In this document: in pieces, positions 48,277-57,176 of the stretch | Position numbering within the stretch: position 1 is the first letter of the stretch | Layout: each line of letters opens with the position of its first letter | Virus record (IMG/VR): IMGVR_UViG_3300032893_000018 | Span: 1-64,000 of that record | Length of the DNA stretch: 64,000 nucleotides | DNA from: a virus | Reading direction: 5' to 3' (one strand) | Program-made: the position numbers and the translations under genes | Notes under the pieces: model-generated | Database searches by the model: none | The model's input: the letters and a program-made list of their open reading frames with translations, nothing else | Told to the model about the DNA's origin: nothing

Positions 48277-48663
48277 ATGGCCACGTACTACCTCATCAAC
48301 TGCGTCAAGGTCGGCGGGATCGAGCGATACGCCGGCGAGCTCGTCGACAGCGCGCAGGAAAGCACGACGGCGATCACCGACGCGGGCGGCGTGCTCGAGG
48401 CGAGCAGCAATGGCCAGGTCGCGGCGGCCGCGCTCGTCGCGCAGCAGCTCCGCCTGGACGGCGAGACGCAGACGCGCATGAACGGCGTCATGTGCGCGGC
48501 GCTCGCGCAGAGCGGCGGGACGGGCGCGCAAGGGGCGCAGGGCGACACGGGCGCCCAAGGTGACGCCGGGGCGCAGGGCGCGCAGGGTCATCAGGGCGCG
48601 GCCGGGTCGCAAGGCTCCCAAGGTTCACAGGGCGCGCAGGGCTCTCAAGGCGCGCAGGGCTGA
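48277..48663 (+). CDS. Small protein with collagen-like C-terminus
   Basis: AGGAG RBS; about 16 G-X-Y triplets running to the stop. Confidence 0.7.
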   Translation: MATYYLINCVKVGGIERYAGELVDSAQESTTAITDAGGVLEASSNGQVAAAALVAQQLRLDGETQTRMNGVMCAALAQSGGTGAQGAQGDTGAQGDAGAQGAQGHQGAAGSQGSQGSQGAQGSQGAQG

Positions 48664-48735
48664 GTCGCAGTCCGAGGGTTTGGCGCGCGGGGCGGACAGC
48701 TAGCTCCGCGCGTCGTTGTTTGATTGGAGGATCCG

Positions 48736-49266
48736 ATGCTGAATGCGATCGTCGTGCACGACCCGCGCCGCGAGGTGCCGGATGGTCAGATCATCAGGGG
48801 CGAGCTCGAAGTGGCGAAGGCAAAGTCGCACGGGCTTCTTCTCCTGCCCGTCGATCTCGACCACGCCGCGGACGGGCTTGGCGGTTACTTCCGCCGCGGG
48901 TGGGGTACTGGGTGGCTGATGAACCGCAACTCGGGCGAGCGCGCGTGTCCGATGGCGCTCGGCGCCGATCCCGAGTTCGGGTGGATCTACTGGGCGGCGT
49001 GGGTCGTCAGCTCGGGCGGCGATCCGCGGGGCTCGGTCCGGCTTGCGAGCGACACGACGGTGCCCGGCGTGATGCAGGCGGGCATCGGCGCGAGCGACGC
49101 GGCCGACCTCGGCGGAAACCCGGAGGGGTTCGCGATCGCCGGTAAGTGCCAGCTGACGGCCAAGCAACGCGGCCCGATCGCAGTGTCGCTGTGGGGCGTC
49201 GCGAAGCACTCGCTGATCGTCGTGTCCGCGGTGTCGACGACGCGCCGCGAAGTCGGCTACCCGTAG
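48736..49266 (+). CDS. Hypothetical protein
   Basis: GGAGG RBS. Confidence 0.55.
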   Translation: MLNAIVVHDPRREVPDGQIIRGELEVAKAKSHGLLLLPVDLDHAADGLGGYFRRGWGTGWLMNRNSGERACPMALGADPEFGWIYWAAWVVSSGGDPRGSVRLASDTTVPGVMQAGIGASDAADLGGNPEGFAIAGKCQLTAKQRGPIAVSLWGVAKHSLIVVSAVSTTRREVGYP

Positions 49267-49577
49267 CCGGCGGGCGGCGTGTATCCTTCCCGCATGCTTC
49301 GGGAGCTCACCGCCCGCGCGTTGTGGGTCGCTTCGAACAGCTGCGCACTGGCCGCGGACTTCCTGTCTCGGGCGGCGGATCGCGCGCTGGACGCCGCGCT
49401 GCTCATCGAACCCGCCGAGGAGCCCACGCACGAGGAGGTTGTGCGCGACGGTCCGGTGGTGTCGGACGAGGCGCGGCGGATGATCGCCGACCTGGAGGAG
49501 CGGCCACAACCGCTGCCTGTTGAAACCAAGCCGCTCGTCGGCTCGCTCGCCGATCGCGGGGCGATGGTCGGCAGGAA

Positions 49578-52145
49578 GTGGTCGCTGTGACGGCCGTCGC
49601 GACGAACTACAAGTTCCCGACCGAGAAGAGCTCGGACGGATCGATCCGCGCCGTGTCGAGCTTCGGCCCCGACATGACGTCCTTCGGCCTGGACCCGTCG
49701 CACCTCGGGAAGGCCGGCTACGACGCGGAGGCGCTGTACAACAGCGAACGCGCCAAGGAGCTCGACTTCCGATCGAGCTTCTACCGGTGCACGAACCACA
49801 ATTGGAAGCCATTCAACATGGACGGCGGGCTGATTGGGCCGCAGGAGCGCAGCGCTCCGTTCGAGGGCGCTCAGCCCATGATGTCGACCATGTCGGGGCC
49901 GACGTCGTACGTGCCGCTGTCGGCGCGCCGCCCGCACGCGCCGGTTCGGATCGCGCGCACGATCGTGCGCGCGTTCACCGGGATGCTCTTCGGGCACAAT
50001 CGCTGGCCCGGGATCCGCAGCGACGACCCCGACACGCAGGCGTTCGGCGAGGCCGTGGCGAAGGCGGCGAACCTCCGGAACCGGTTCGTGCGGGCGCGGA
50101 ACCTCGCGGGCTCGTGCGGCACCGCGGCGCTCTCGTGGTTCTTCCGCCAGGGCTCGCCGCGCGTGCGGGTGCACACCGGGCGGTTCGTCCACGTGCTCGA
50201 GTGGGACGACGTCGACGACTACGTCGTGAGGCACGCGACGGAGCTCTACCAGAGCTGGGCGACGCGCGAGACCGAGGACGGGCCGCAGCGCTATCGCGTG
50301 TGGGTGCGTCGCGATTGGACGCCCGAGGCCGACGTCGTGTTCAAGCCGATCGAGGTGACGGGCGAGAGCCCCGAGCAGTGGGTGATCGATAAGGAGCGGA
50401 GCTTCGTTCATGGCGACGGGTTCGCCCACATCGTCTGGCTCACGAACTACCCGGACGACGACGAGCCGTCGGCGGTCGACGGGCAACCGGATTACGCCGA
50501 GCTGTACGACCCGATGGCGACGCTCGACGTGTCGAACTCCGTCGCCGTGCGCGGCGTGATGCGGAACCTCGACCCGACGCTCGTCGTGAAGATGGACCCG
50601 ATGGACGTCGGCGCGGCGATGATCAAGAAGGGCAGCGATAACGCCCTGGTCGTCGGCGAGCAGGGCGACGCGGATTACCTCACGATCGATGGAGATGTGG
50701 TGACGGCGGGCAAGGAGTTCGTCGGCACGCAGCGCGAGCAGATCCTGGAAGTCGCGCAGTGCGTGGTGCCCGATCCGAACGAGGTCGCCGCGGGCGGCAC
50801 GAGCTCGGTCGCGCAGAAGATGATGTACGCGCCGATGATCGGCACCGCCGACGTCCTTCGCGAGCCGTGCGGGCACGCGCTCGTCCAGCTGCTCGAACAG
50901 ATGAAGCTATCGGCTGCAAACGAGATGAGCCGACCGCCGGGCGAGGTGCAGGAGTACGACGTCGACCTGTCCGAGCCCGAGTCGGAGCCCGACGCGCTGG
51001 AGCAGGACGACGACGTTGAGAACTTCGAGGCCGAGGAGATGACAGCGGCGGACCAGGAGCAGCCGGCATCCGCGGTCGAGTACTACCTCGACCTCCCTCC
51101 GCGCGTAGTGATCGACGTCGTCGACGGTCAGAAGGTCGAGCGCAAGGTCGAGATCAAACCGGGCGAGGGGAAGTTCTGGCTGGAGTGGGGCGAGTACTTC
51201 CCGCCGACGTCACAGGACAAGCAGGCCGCCACCGAGGCGGTGTCGTCGGCGGCGGGCGGGAAGTCCGTGCTGTCGCAGCAGACCGCGGTCGAGCTCGCGT
51301 CATCGCTGTACAACAAGGACGCCACGGAGGAGTGGGCGCGCGTGCAGGCGGAGCGCGAGCAGGACGCACGCGAGACGGCGGGCATGTTCCCGGGCACGGG
51401 CGGCGAGGTCGATCCGAACGCGTCCGAGCCCGTCGACACCCCTGCGCCCGACGACGATCAGGAGACGTTGATCACGCCGACCGACATGAGCGTCGTCACG
51501 CTCGTGAACGAGGCGCGCGCGTCGGCAGGGCTCGGTCCGCTCCGCACGCCCGAGGGGCAGTCCGACCCCGACGGGTGGCTCACGGTCGAGGAGTTCCGCG
51601 CGAAGCGACAGGCGAAGGGCGAGCAGCAGGGCGCGGTCGAGGGCAAGGTCGCCGCGGGCGTCGACCCAGCGGATGCGGCAGCCGACGCGATCGATGCGCC
51701 GGCTGCCGATGCGCCGCCGACCGATGCTGCCGATCCGCCGACCGGCGGTGGCGACATCACGAACCAGGTCGACGGGATCCTGCAGGGCGATTTCCCCGAC
51801 GAGGCGTTCGACTGGGTGCACGACGCCAAGTGGACGGGCCCGACGAGCGTGCCGATTGACAAGATCGACACGTCGCAGCGCGACACGTGGCGCGCTAGCA
51901 AGGAGCCCGGCAAGGTCGCCGACTTCGCTGGCCTGATGCAGGCGGGCGGTGAGGACATCAAGCCGGTGATCCTCGTGCGATGGCCCGGTTCGAAGCAGCT
52001 GTTCGTCGCCGATGGTCACCACCGAGTGCTCGCGGCGGAGAAGGCGGGCGTGCCGGTGAAGGCGTTCATCGCCGACGTGCCGCAGCAGAACGGCCCGTGG
52101 ATGACGATGCACTCGAAGCAGATCCCGAAGGCGGCAGGGCAATGA
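49578..52145 (+). CDS. Portal protein with acidic linker and C-terminal ParB-like domain
   Basis: First large head gene, directly before MuF; portal-like core (ARTIVRAFTGMLFG, LSQQTAVE); C-terminal PVILV..VADGHHRVLAA. Confidence 0.7.
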   Translation: MVAVTAVATNYKFPTEKSSDGSIRAVSSFGPDMTSFGLDPSHLGKAGYDAEALYNSERAKELDFRSSFYRCTNHNWKPFNMDGGLIGPQERSAPFEGAQPMMSTMSGPTSYVPLSARRPHAPVRIARTIVRAFTGMLFGHNRWPGIRSDDPDTQAFGEAVAKAANLRNRFVRARNLAGSCGTAALSWFFRQGSPRVRVHTGRFVHVLEWDDVDDYVVRHATELYQSWATRETEDGPQRYRVWVRRDWTPEADVVFKPIEVTGESPEQWVIDKERSFVHGDGFAHIVWLTNYPDDDEPSAVDGQPDYAELYDPMATLDVSNSVAVRGVMRNLDPTLVVKMDPMDVGAAMIKKGSDNALVVGEQGDADYLTIDGDVVTAGKEFVGTQREQILEVAQCVVPDPNEVAAGGTSSVAQKMMYAPMIGTADVLREPCGHALVQLLEQMKLSAANEMSRPPGEVQEYDVDLSEPESEPDALEQDDDVENFEAEEMTAADQEQPASAVEYYLDLPPRVVIDVVDGQKVERKVEIKPGEGKFWLEWGEYFPPTSQDKQAATEAVSSAAGGKSVLSQQTAVELASSLYNKDATEEWARVQAEREQDARETAGMFPGTGGEVDPNASEPVDTPAPDDDQETLITPTDMSVVTLVNEARASAGLGPLRTPEGQSDPDGWLTVEEFRAKRQAKGEQQGAVEGKVAAGVDPADAAADAIDAPAADAPPTDAADPPTGGGDITNQVDGILQGDFPDEAFDWVHDAKWTGPTSVPIDKIDTSQRDTWRASKEPGKVADFAGLMQAGGEDIKPVILVRWPGSKQLFVADGHHRVLAAEKAGVPVKAFIADVPQQNGPWMTMHSKQIPKAAGQ

Positions 52146-52273
52146 TCCGGAAGAAGGGATCGCAGTACCAGGTGCGCTCGAAGAGCGGGAAGAACCTCGG
52201 CACGTACAAGTCGAAGGCCGGCGCGAAGAAGCGCCTCGCTCAGGTCGAGTATTGGAAGCACAAGAAGAAGTGA
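52142..52273 (+). CDS. Small basic phage protein (43 aa)
   Basis: MIRKKGSQYQVRSKSGKNLGTYKSKAGAKKRLAQVEYWKHKKK; ATGA overlap. Confidence 0.7.
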   Translation: MIRKKGSQYQVRSKSGKNLGTYKSKAGAKKRLAQVEYWKHKKK

Positions 52274-52277
52274 GCGA

Positions 52278-54263
52278 ATGGCCGCGCGGAAACCGCCACC
52301 GCACGAGCTCGTCAAGGCGACGCGCGACGACGCGAACGCGTACAAGGGTCGCGCCGATCCCGTGCGCGTGCTCCGGGCGAACCGCGAGCAGGTGATCCGG
52401 CTTGCGCAGGGCAAGGGCGTCGGCCGCATGCGCGAGGTGCTGAAGCGCGCGGAGAAGGCGCTCGCGTCGCGCCTCGGCTCGGGCCCGCTTGCCGGTGGCA
52501 AGGAGGGGTTCTCCGCGGTGCAGCGCCGGCTCGCGCTTGCACAGATCCGCGCGGTGGTCGGCGACGTGGGCGATGGCGTGAAGGACGTCGTCGTCGATGG
52601 TGCGGGGCCTCTCGCGGAGGACGCGGGCGCGGGCGTGATCGACTACATGCGCGCGTCGGATCGGAAGTTCAGAGGCATCGTCGAGCGGCTACCGATCCGC
52701 GAGGCCGCGGTGCTCGACCGCGCGACGCAGGGCGCCGAGAGCAGCGTGCTTCACCGGCTGATGGGCGACCCGAGGAAGGGTCCGGGGATCCTCAAGCGGT
52801 ACGGCGACGGCGTCGTCGAGCGGTTCGAGCAGGCGCTGCAGCAGCGCTTCCTGCAGAAGACATCCTGGGAGGACACGCGCGCCGCGATCGTCGCCGAGTC
52901 GCCGTTCCTGCAGGGCGTGCCCGGGCACTGGGCGGAGCGCATCGTGCGCACCGAGTGCTTAGTCGGCGAGACGCCGGTTTCCGGAGCGGTGGTACGGGCA
53001 GCTTTTCGCCGGTGGTACGAGGGCCCGATCGTCGAGTTCATCACCGACAATGGCCGCCACTTCGCCACAACCCCGAATCACCCAATGCTGACGAGGCGCG
53101 GATGGGTCGCGGCGGCGGCTCTCAACGATGGTGACGATCTGGTCTGCTACCGAGGGCAGCAGCACGCGCGTGCGCCTGGCGACGAACACCGTGAGCACGC
53201 ACCATCCACGGTCGCTCAGATATTCGATTCGCTCACGGAGATACGGGTCCTTCAGCGGCGACGCGGTTCCAAGGACGACTTCCACGGCGACGGGATGCAG
53301 CGCGAGATCGAGATTGCGAGTGCCGACCGGGAGCTGGAGGTCGGGGTGTACGCCCCTCTCTTCAAGCCACTGTGCGATCAGATCCTCACCCCAACCCACG
53401 CGACGCGCCCTGCTTTTTGCCGCAATTGCGGACGCCTTCTGTCGATCGATGAGCAGGCGTGCTTCTGCAGAGCTCCGAATTTGTACTCCCTCCATACGCA
53501 AACGGTAGAGCACGCCGCGTTTATCGATGCCGAACTCGCGAGCGAGACTCTTGATGCTCTCGCCGGAGACGTAGCGTTTCGCAATCGCTTGCGTGGGCAC
53601 CTCGCCGCGGAACCTGGGTGGCACTCCGCCCCTGGTATGAAACGCAAGGCGAGCCGCCGATCGGGTGCGGGCCTTTCCGATCTTGCGCAGATGCTTGCGC
53701 AGAGTGTGGACGTTGGCTCCGGCTCGGGCGGCCGCGTCGCCGGTGCTCGCGCCTGCGACGTAGAGTTCGATGGCGTGGTCGAGGTTCGAATGCGCGAGTT
53801 TCGAGGACACGTCTACAACCTGACCACGTGGGACGGATACTTCTGCATTGCCGGAGCTTATACCGGAAACACGATGGGTGTGTATAACCGCGCGTCGCTC
53901 GACGCGTCCCGCGAGCTCGATGACCAGCTCGGCGACGTCGTGAAGATCCTGTGCGCCACGTTCGACGGTCGCACGGCGTGGGACAGCTACCTCGTGCACG
54001 GGCAGATCCGGCGCGTCGACGAGCCGTTCGAATGCCCCGAGTATAACGGGTCGGTGCATCGGTACATGCATCCGCCGAACCGCCCGAACGATCGCGAGGT
54101 GGTCGTGACGCACCGGGTGGCGTGGCCGATCCCCCCGGAGCTCCGCCCGCGGCCGAGGAGCGAGGCGGCGTCGCGGTGGGCCGACGCGGGGTACTCGCGG
54201 GCGATGCCGGCGACGCCGCGACAGACCACCGTGCCGCTTGAGCGGTTCGGCAGGGTCGCTTGA
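52278..54263 (+). CDS. MuF/SPP1 gp7-like head morphogenesis protein containing an intein
   Basis: AERIVRTE|...|TMGVYN, DGRT, VHGQIR, PPNRPNDR. Confidence 0.85.
   Translation: MAARKPPPHELVKATRDDANAYKGRADPVRVLRANREQVIRLAQGKGVGRMREVLKRAEKALASRLGSGPLAGGKEGFSAVQRRLALAQIRAVVGDVGDGVKDVVVDGAGPLAEDAGAGVIDYMRASDRKFRGIVERLPIREAAVLDRATQGAESSVLHRLMGDPRKGPGILKRYGDGVVERFEQALQQRFLQKTSWEDTRAAIVAESPFLQGVPGHWAERIVRTECLVGETPVSGAVVRAAFRRWYEGPIVEFITDNGRHFATTPNHPMLTRRGWVAAAALNDGDDLVCYRGQQHARAPGDEHREHAPSTVAQIFDSLTEIRVLQRRRGSKDDFHGDGMQREIEIASADRELEVGVYAPLFKPLCDQILTPTHATRPAFCRNCGRLLSIDEQACFCRAPNLYSLHTQTVEHAAFIDAELASETLDALAGDVAFRNRLRGHLAAEPGWHSAPGMKRKASRRSGAGLSDLAQMLAQSVDVGSGSGGRVAGARACDVEFDGVVEVRMREFRGHVYNLTTWDGYFCIAGAYTGNTMGVYNRASLDASRELDDQLGDVVKILCATFDGRTAWDSYLVHGQIRRVDEPFECPEYNGSVHRYMHPPNRPNDREVVVTHRVAWPIPPELRPRPRSEAASRWADAGYSRAMPATPRQTTVPLERFGRVA
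52956..53870 (+). mobile_element. Intein (305 aa) in the MuF-like gene
   Basis: CLVGET start, TPNHPMLTRRGW block B, GHVYNLTT block F, ends TGN followed by Thr. Confidence 0.88.
52959..53810 (-). CDS. HTH-containing Vsr/DUF559-like endonuclease encoded antisense inside the intein
   Basis: Two HTHs (IELYVAGASTGDAA; KRYVSGESIKSLAREFGI), then GEDLIAQWL..NLDLAL..VAVEV..RERIEYLSDRGWCVL. Confidence 0.75.
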   Translation of the reverse strand: MSSKLAHSNLDHAIELYVAGASTGDAAARAGANVHTLRKHLRKIGKARTRSAARLAFHTRGGVPPRFRGEVPTQAIAKRYVSGESIKSLAREFGIDKRGVLYRLRMEGVQIRSSAEARLLIDRQKASAIAAKSRARRVGWGEDLIAQWLEERGVHPDLQLPVGTRNLDLALHPVAVEVVLGTASPLKDPYLRERIEYLSDRGWCVLTVFVARRTRVLLPSVADQIVTIVESRRRDPSAPRQHWVIRGCGEVAAIVGDELDDRALVPPAKSCPYHRSGNRRLAD

Positions 54264-54291
54264 CCGCGCCCGGCGTGATACTGATCTCGTC

Positions 54292-54540
54292 ATGGCTCAG
54301 CGCCCGAACCGACCGATGAAGCTCGGCGTCACGAAGGCGCCCGCGGCGCGCGACAGCGCCGGGCGCTTCTCCGCGCTGCCCGACAACCCGATCGACGAGG
54401 TCGACGCGGGCAGGAAGGCGAGCGAGTGGGCCCCGGGCATCGGCCAGGGCACGGCGCGCACGTTCGATGAGCCGCTGCCGATGACGCCCGCCTTCATCCC
54501 CGAGAAGCGCCCCATGGGCGCCATGCGAAACGGACGCTGA
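54292..54540 (+). CDS. Hypothetical protein
   Basis: ATG ORF in the head module. Confidence 0.45.
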   Translation: MAQRPNRPMKLGVTKAPAARDSAGRFSALPDNPIDEVDAGRKASEWAPGIGQGTARTFDEPLPMTPAFIPEKRPMGAMRNGR

Positions 54541-54583
54541 CGGATTACCGTAATCCGTCGACCCCACCCAGGAGACCCGACCC

Positions 54584-54805
54584 ATGCCGAACAACTTCGT
54601 CGAGAACCCCACCGTGAAGTCGCCCGCCGCGAAGAAGCCGCGCGACATCACCCAGGCGTTCACCAACCCGCAGAAGCCCGTCGCCGACAACGGCTCGACG
54701 GAGGACGCGGCGCGCACGCGGTTCGCGGTCGACGACGTGTCGCCCGGCGGCGGCGTCGGTTCGGTCGGCAACGGCTCGAAGCCCTTCCGCGTCGGCGGCG
54801 GCTGA
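54584..54805 (+). CDS. Small hypothetical protein after palindrome copy 4 (54540-54558)
   Basis: AGGAG RBS. Confidence 0.55.
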   Translation: MPNNFVENPTVKSPAAKKPRDITQAFTNPQKPVADNGSTEDAARTRFAVDDVSPGGGVGSVGNGSKPFRVGGG

Positions 54806-54811
54806 TCTCCG

Positions 54812-55234
54812 ATGGGTCAGCTCGTTCTCAGCGGGACGCTGCAGGGCGGCCCCCCGAACGGCACGGACATCGGTCCGGGCCCGCGCATGTCGCTGAACGT
54901 CCCGCTGGCGTTCAAGGGCGGCAGCTGGGGCAAGTCGTACAACGCGGCGACCGGCATCCTTCAGCGCTCGGTGTCGACCGACGTCTACCTGCAGCTGGCG
55001 GGCGTGAGCAGCAGCGCGTCGGATCCCGTGACGAAGGGCGATACGCTCTACCTGCTCACGAACGGCCCCGTGTCGTTCCGGCTCACGACGGACGACGGGA
55101 GCGGCGGCAACGTCGTCGCGGTCGTCCCCGTCGACGGGTTCGCGATGTGGGAGTTCCCCGGCAACAAATTCCTCAAGCTGCTCGAGGTGCTCGGCTCCGC
55201 GAGCATCGAGTACTTCGTCAGTGGCCAGCAGTGA
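54812..55234 (+). CDS. Putative virion protein
   Basis: Gly/Ser/Thr-rich beta-type sequence, head module. Confidence 0.55.
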   Translation: MGQLVLSGTLQGGPPNGTDIGPGPRMSLNVPLAFKGGSWGKSYNAATGILQRSVSTDVYLQLAGVSSSASDPVTKGDTLYLLTNGPVSFRLTTDDGSGGNVVAVVPVDGFAMWEFPGNKFLKLLEVLGSASIEYFVSGQQ

Positions 55235-55385
55235 CGTGACTCGCCGCCGCGACCTGGGCTAAGCTCCTTCGCGGGCCGCGTCCCGGCGCGCGGCGGTCGT
55301 CGAACGGCACTCACGCGCGGACGGCGGCTAGGCGAACCACAACACCGGAGCCACCCCCTGAGAACGGGGAGAGACAGAGGCCACC

Positions 55386-56063
55386 ATGACCGTACGTGAA
55401 GACTTCAACCGCGCGCCGATCGGCGCGCTTCCCGACATGTTCCGCGTGCTCGCGCTCGGCGACTTCCTCGCCGGCAACGTGCCGCAGTTCTTGCGACACC
55501 AGGACCCCGTCGCGGTGGGTGGCTATGGCGTCGCGTCGACCGAGATGGTCTCGCTCGACTACTACAGCCGCGCGTCGAGCATCCAGCGCGCGACGAGTCG
55601 AGCGGGCACGTCGACGGGCGATCTCACGGTCGACGGTTACTCGGGCACGGCGCCCGCGGCGGCCCACATCGGCATCAGCCCGGACGGGAACCTGATGTTC
55701 GCGCCGTCGTCGGACGTGACGAACGTCGATGTGTACTACACGCCCGAGCGTGGCGTGCCTGTCGAGCTCGTTCGCCCCGTGTCGTCGAACGCGATCGCGT
55801 TGCCGTCATCCATCACGGATCTCGGCGCGGTCCTCCTGATGGAGGCCGAGTCGCTCGAAGGGACGCTCACCGGACTTCTCCGCGTGCAGCTCCCGTCGGG
55901 TTCGGCGGCGTCGAGCGGGTGCGCGAGGTTCGACCTTGCGAAGGCGAACGTGAAGTTCGCGGCGGCGAACGCGGTCACGCGCGCCCGCGTGCTCCTCCTC
56001 GTCTCGGTGTCGAGTGACGAGGACCTGCAGAAGCTCCTGCAGTCCGACTCGCAGTTCATCTGA
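55386..56063 (+). CDS. Putative head decoration/structural protein
   Basis: GAGG RBS, composition and position. Confidence 0.55.
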   Translation: MTVREDFNRAPIGALPDMFRVLALGDFLAGNVPQFLRHQDPVAVGGYGVASTEMVSLDYYSRASSIQRATSRAGTSTGDLTVDGYSGTAPAAAHIGISPDGNLMFAPSSDVTNVDVYYTPERGVPVELVRPVSSNAIALPSSITDLGAVLLMEAESLEGTLTGLLRVQLPSGSAASSGCARFDLAKANVKFAAANAVTRARVLLLVSVSSDEDLQKLLQSDSQFI

Positions 56064-56081
56064 AGACGGTGAGGCAGGGCT

Positions 56082-56122
56082 AAAAAAGAAAAGGGGGCGT
56101 CGGGCTCCAACCCGGCGCCCCC
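56082..56122 (-). terminator. Intrinsic terminator oriented for the minus strand
   Basis: On the minus strand: GGGGGCGCCGGG-TTGGAG-CCCGACGCCCCC-TTTTCTTTTTT. Confidence 0.7.
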
Positions 56123-56150
56123 GAGTGTTTCGACCAAGGAGGATCCGAGG

Positions 56151-57176
56151 ATGTTTGCAGCGTTCAGCAGGTGCGTGCTCGCACCATTTCTTTGCATCGA
56201 GGCGGGCGAGGGTGACGGGGGTGGAGGAGATGGCGGCGAAGGTGGCGACGAACCGCCGCCCCCGCCGGCAGGTGCTCAAGGCACCGCGGGTGCTCAAGGC
56301 ACCGCGGGTGCTCAAGGCGCCGCGGGTGCTGCGCCGGCCGCGCCACGCCGCACCGAGGTGTCGGAGACCGCGATCGCCGACGTGCGGCGCCGCGAGCGCC
56401 GGAAGCTCCTCCGGGAGGAGTACGGCACCGACAACGAGGAGGAGGTCGCGCGCATCAAGAAGCAGCGCGCCGAGGAGGCGGACCAGCGCAAGCGCGAGGC
56501 GGAGGAGCTCGCCACGTTCAAGGCGGCGGAGGACGAGCGCAAGCGCGCTTCGCAGACCGACCTCGAGCGCGTCACCGACGAGCTGACCAAGTCGAAGGAA
56601 CGCGTCCAGCAGCTGGAGCGCGAGCTAGCCGACACGAAGCGCCAGGTGATCGTGGTCAAGCAGGACGCGGTGCTGTCGCAGAAGATCGCGTCGCACCGGT
56701 TCAAGGCGAGCCGAGCGAAGTACGTGCTCCGCGACATGGCGGAGTACGTGCACGCGCTCCCGAAGAAGGAGCAGGAGAAGTTCGGCGACCGCGAGATCGA
56801 TCGCTGGCTCCGCAAGTACGCGGCGGAGAACCCCGACTTCCTCGAACCCGCGCCCGCCGCGCCAGCGGCCGCCGCCGGTGCGGGTGAAGCCGGCGAAGGT
56901 GGCGAGGGCACGCCCAAGCCGCGGCCCGCGGCGCCAGCCGCCCCCGCACGCCCGATCCGCCGCCCGGTCGGCGCCGACAAGCGCCCACCGCAGCAGCGCC
57001 CCGCGCCGGTGACGGACGTGAAGAAGACGTTCGCGCCGGGCAAGGCGAACTCGATGACTGACGCCGAGGTGAAGGCGGAGCTGAAGCGCCGCGGGATGTC
57101 GGGCTGGCCTGGCGCGGGTCGCGCGCCGCGGTCTCGCTACGAGGGCGGCGCGGGCCGCGACAGGAGCGGCAAGTGA
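56151..57176 (+). CDS. Capsid scaffolding protein
   Basis: Gly/Pro-rich N-terminus, long coiled coil, Pro/Ala tail, upstream of the capsid gene; 3x18-bp repeat at 56271-56324. Confidence 0.7.
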   Translation: MFAAFSRCVLAPFLCIEAGEGDGGGGDGGEGGDEPPPPPAGAQGTAGAQGTAGAQGAAGAAPAAPRRTEVSETAIADVRRRERRKLLREEYGTDNEEEVARIKKQRAEEADQRKREAEELATFKAAEDERKRASQTDLERVTDELTKSKERVQQLERELADTKRQVIVVKQDAVLSQKIASHRFKASRAKYVLRDMAEYVHALPKKEQEKFGDREIDRWLRKYAAENPDFLEPAPAAPAAAAGAGEAGEGGEGTPKPRPAAPAAPARPIRRPVGADKRPPQQRPAPVTDVKKTFAPGKANSMTDAEVKAELKRRGMSGWPGAGRAPRSRYEGGAGRDRSGK

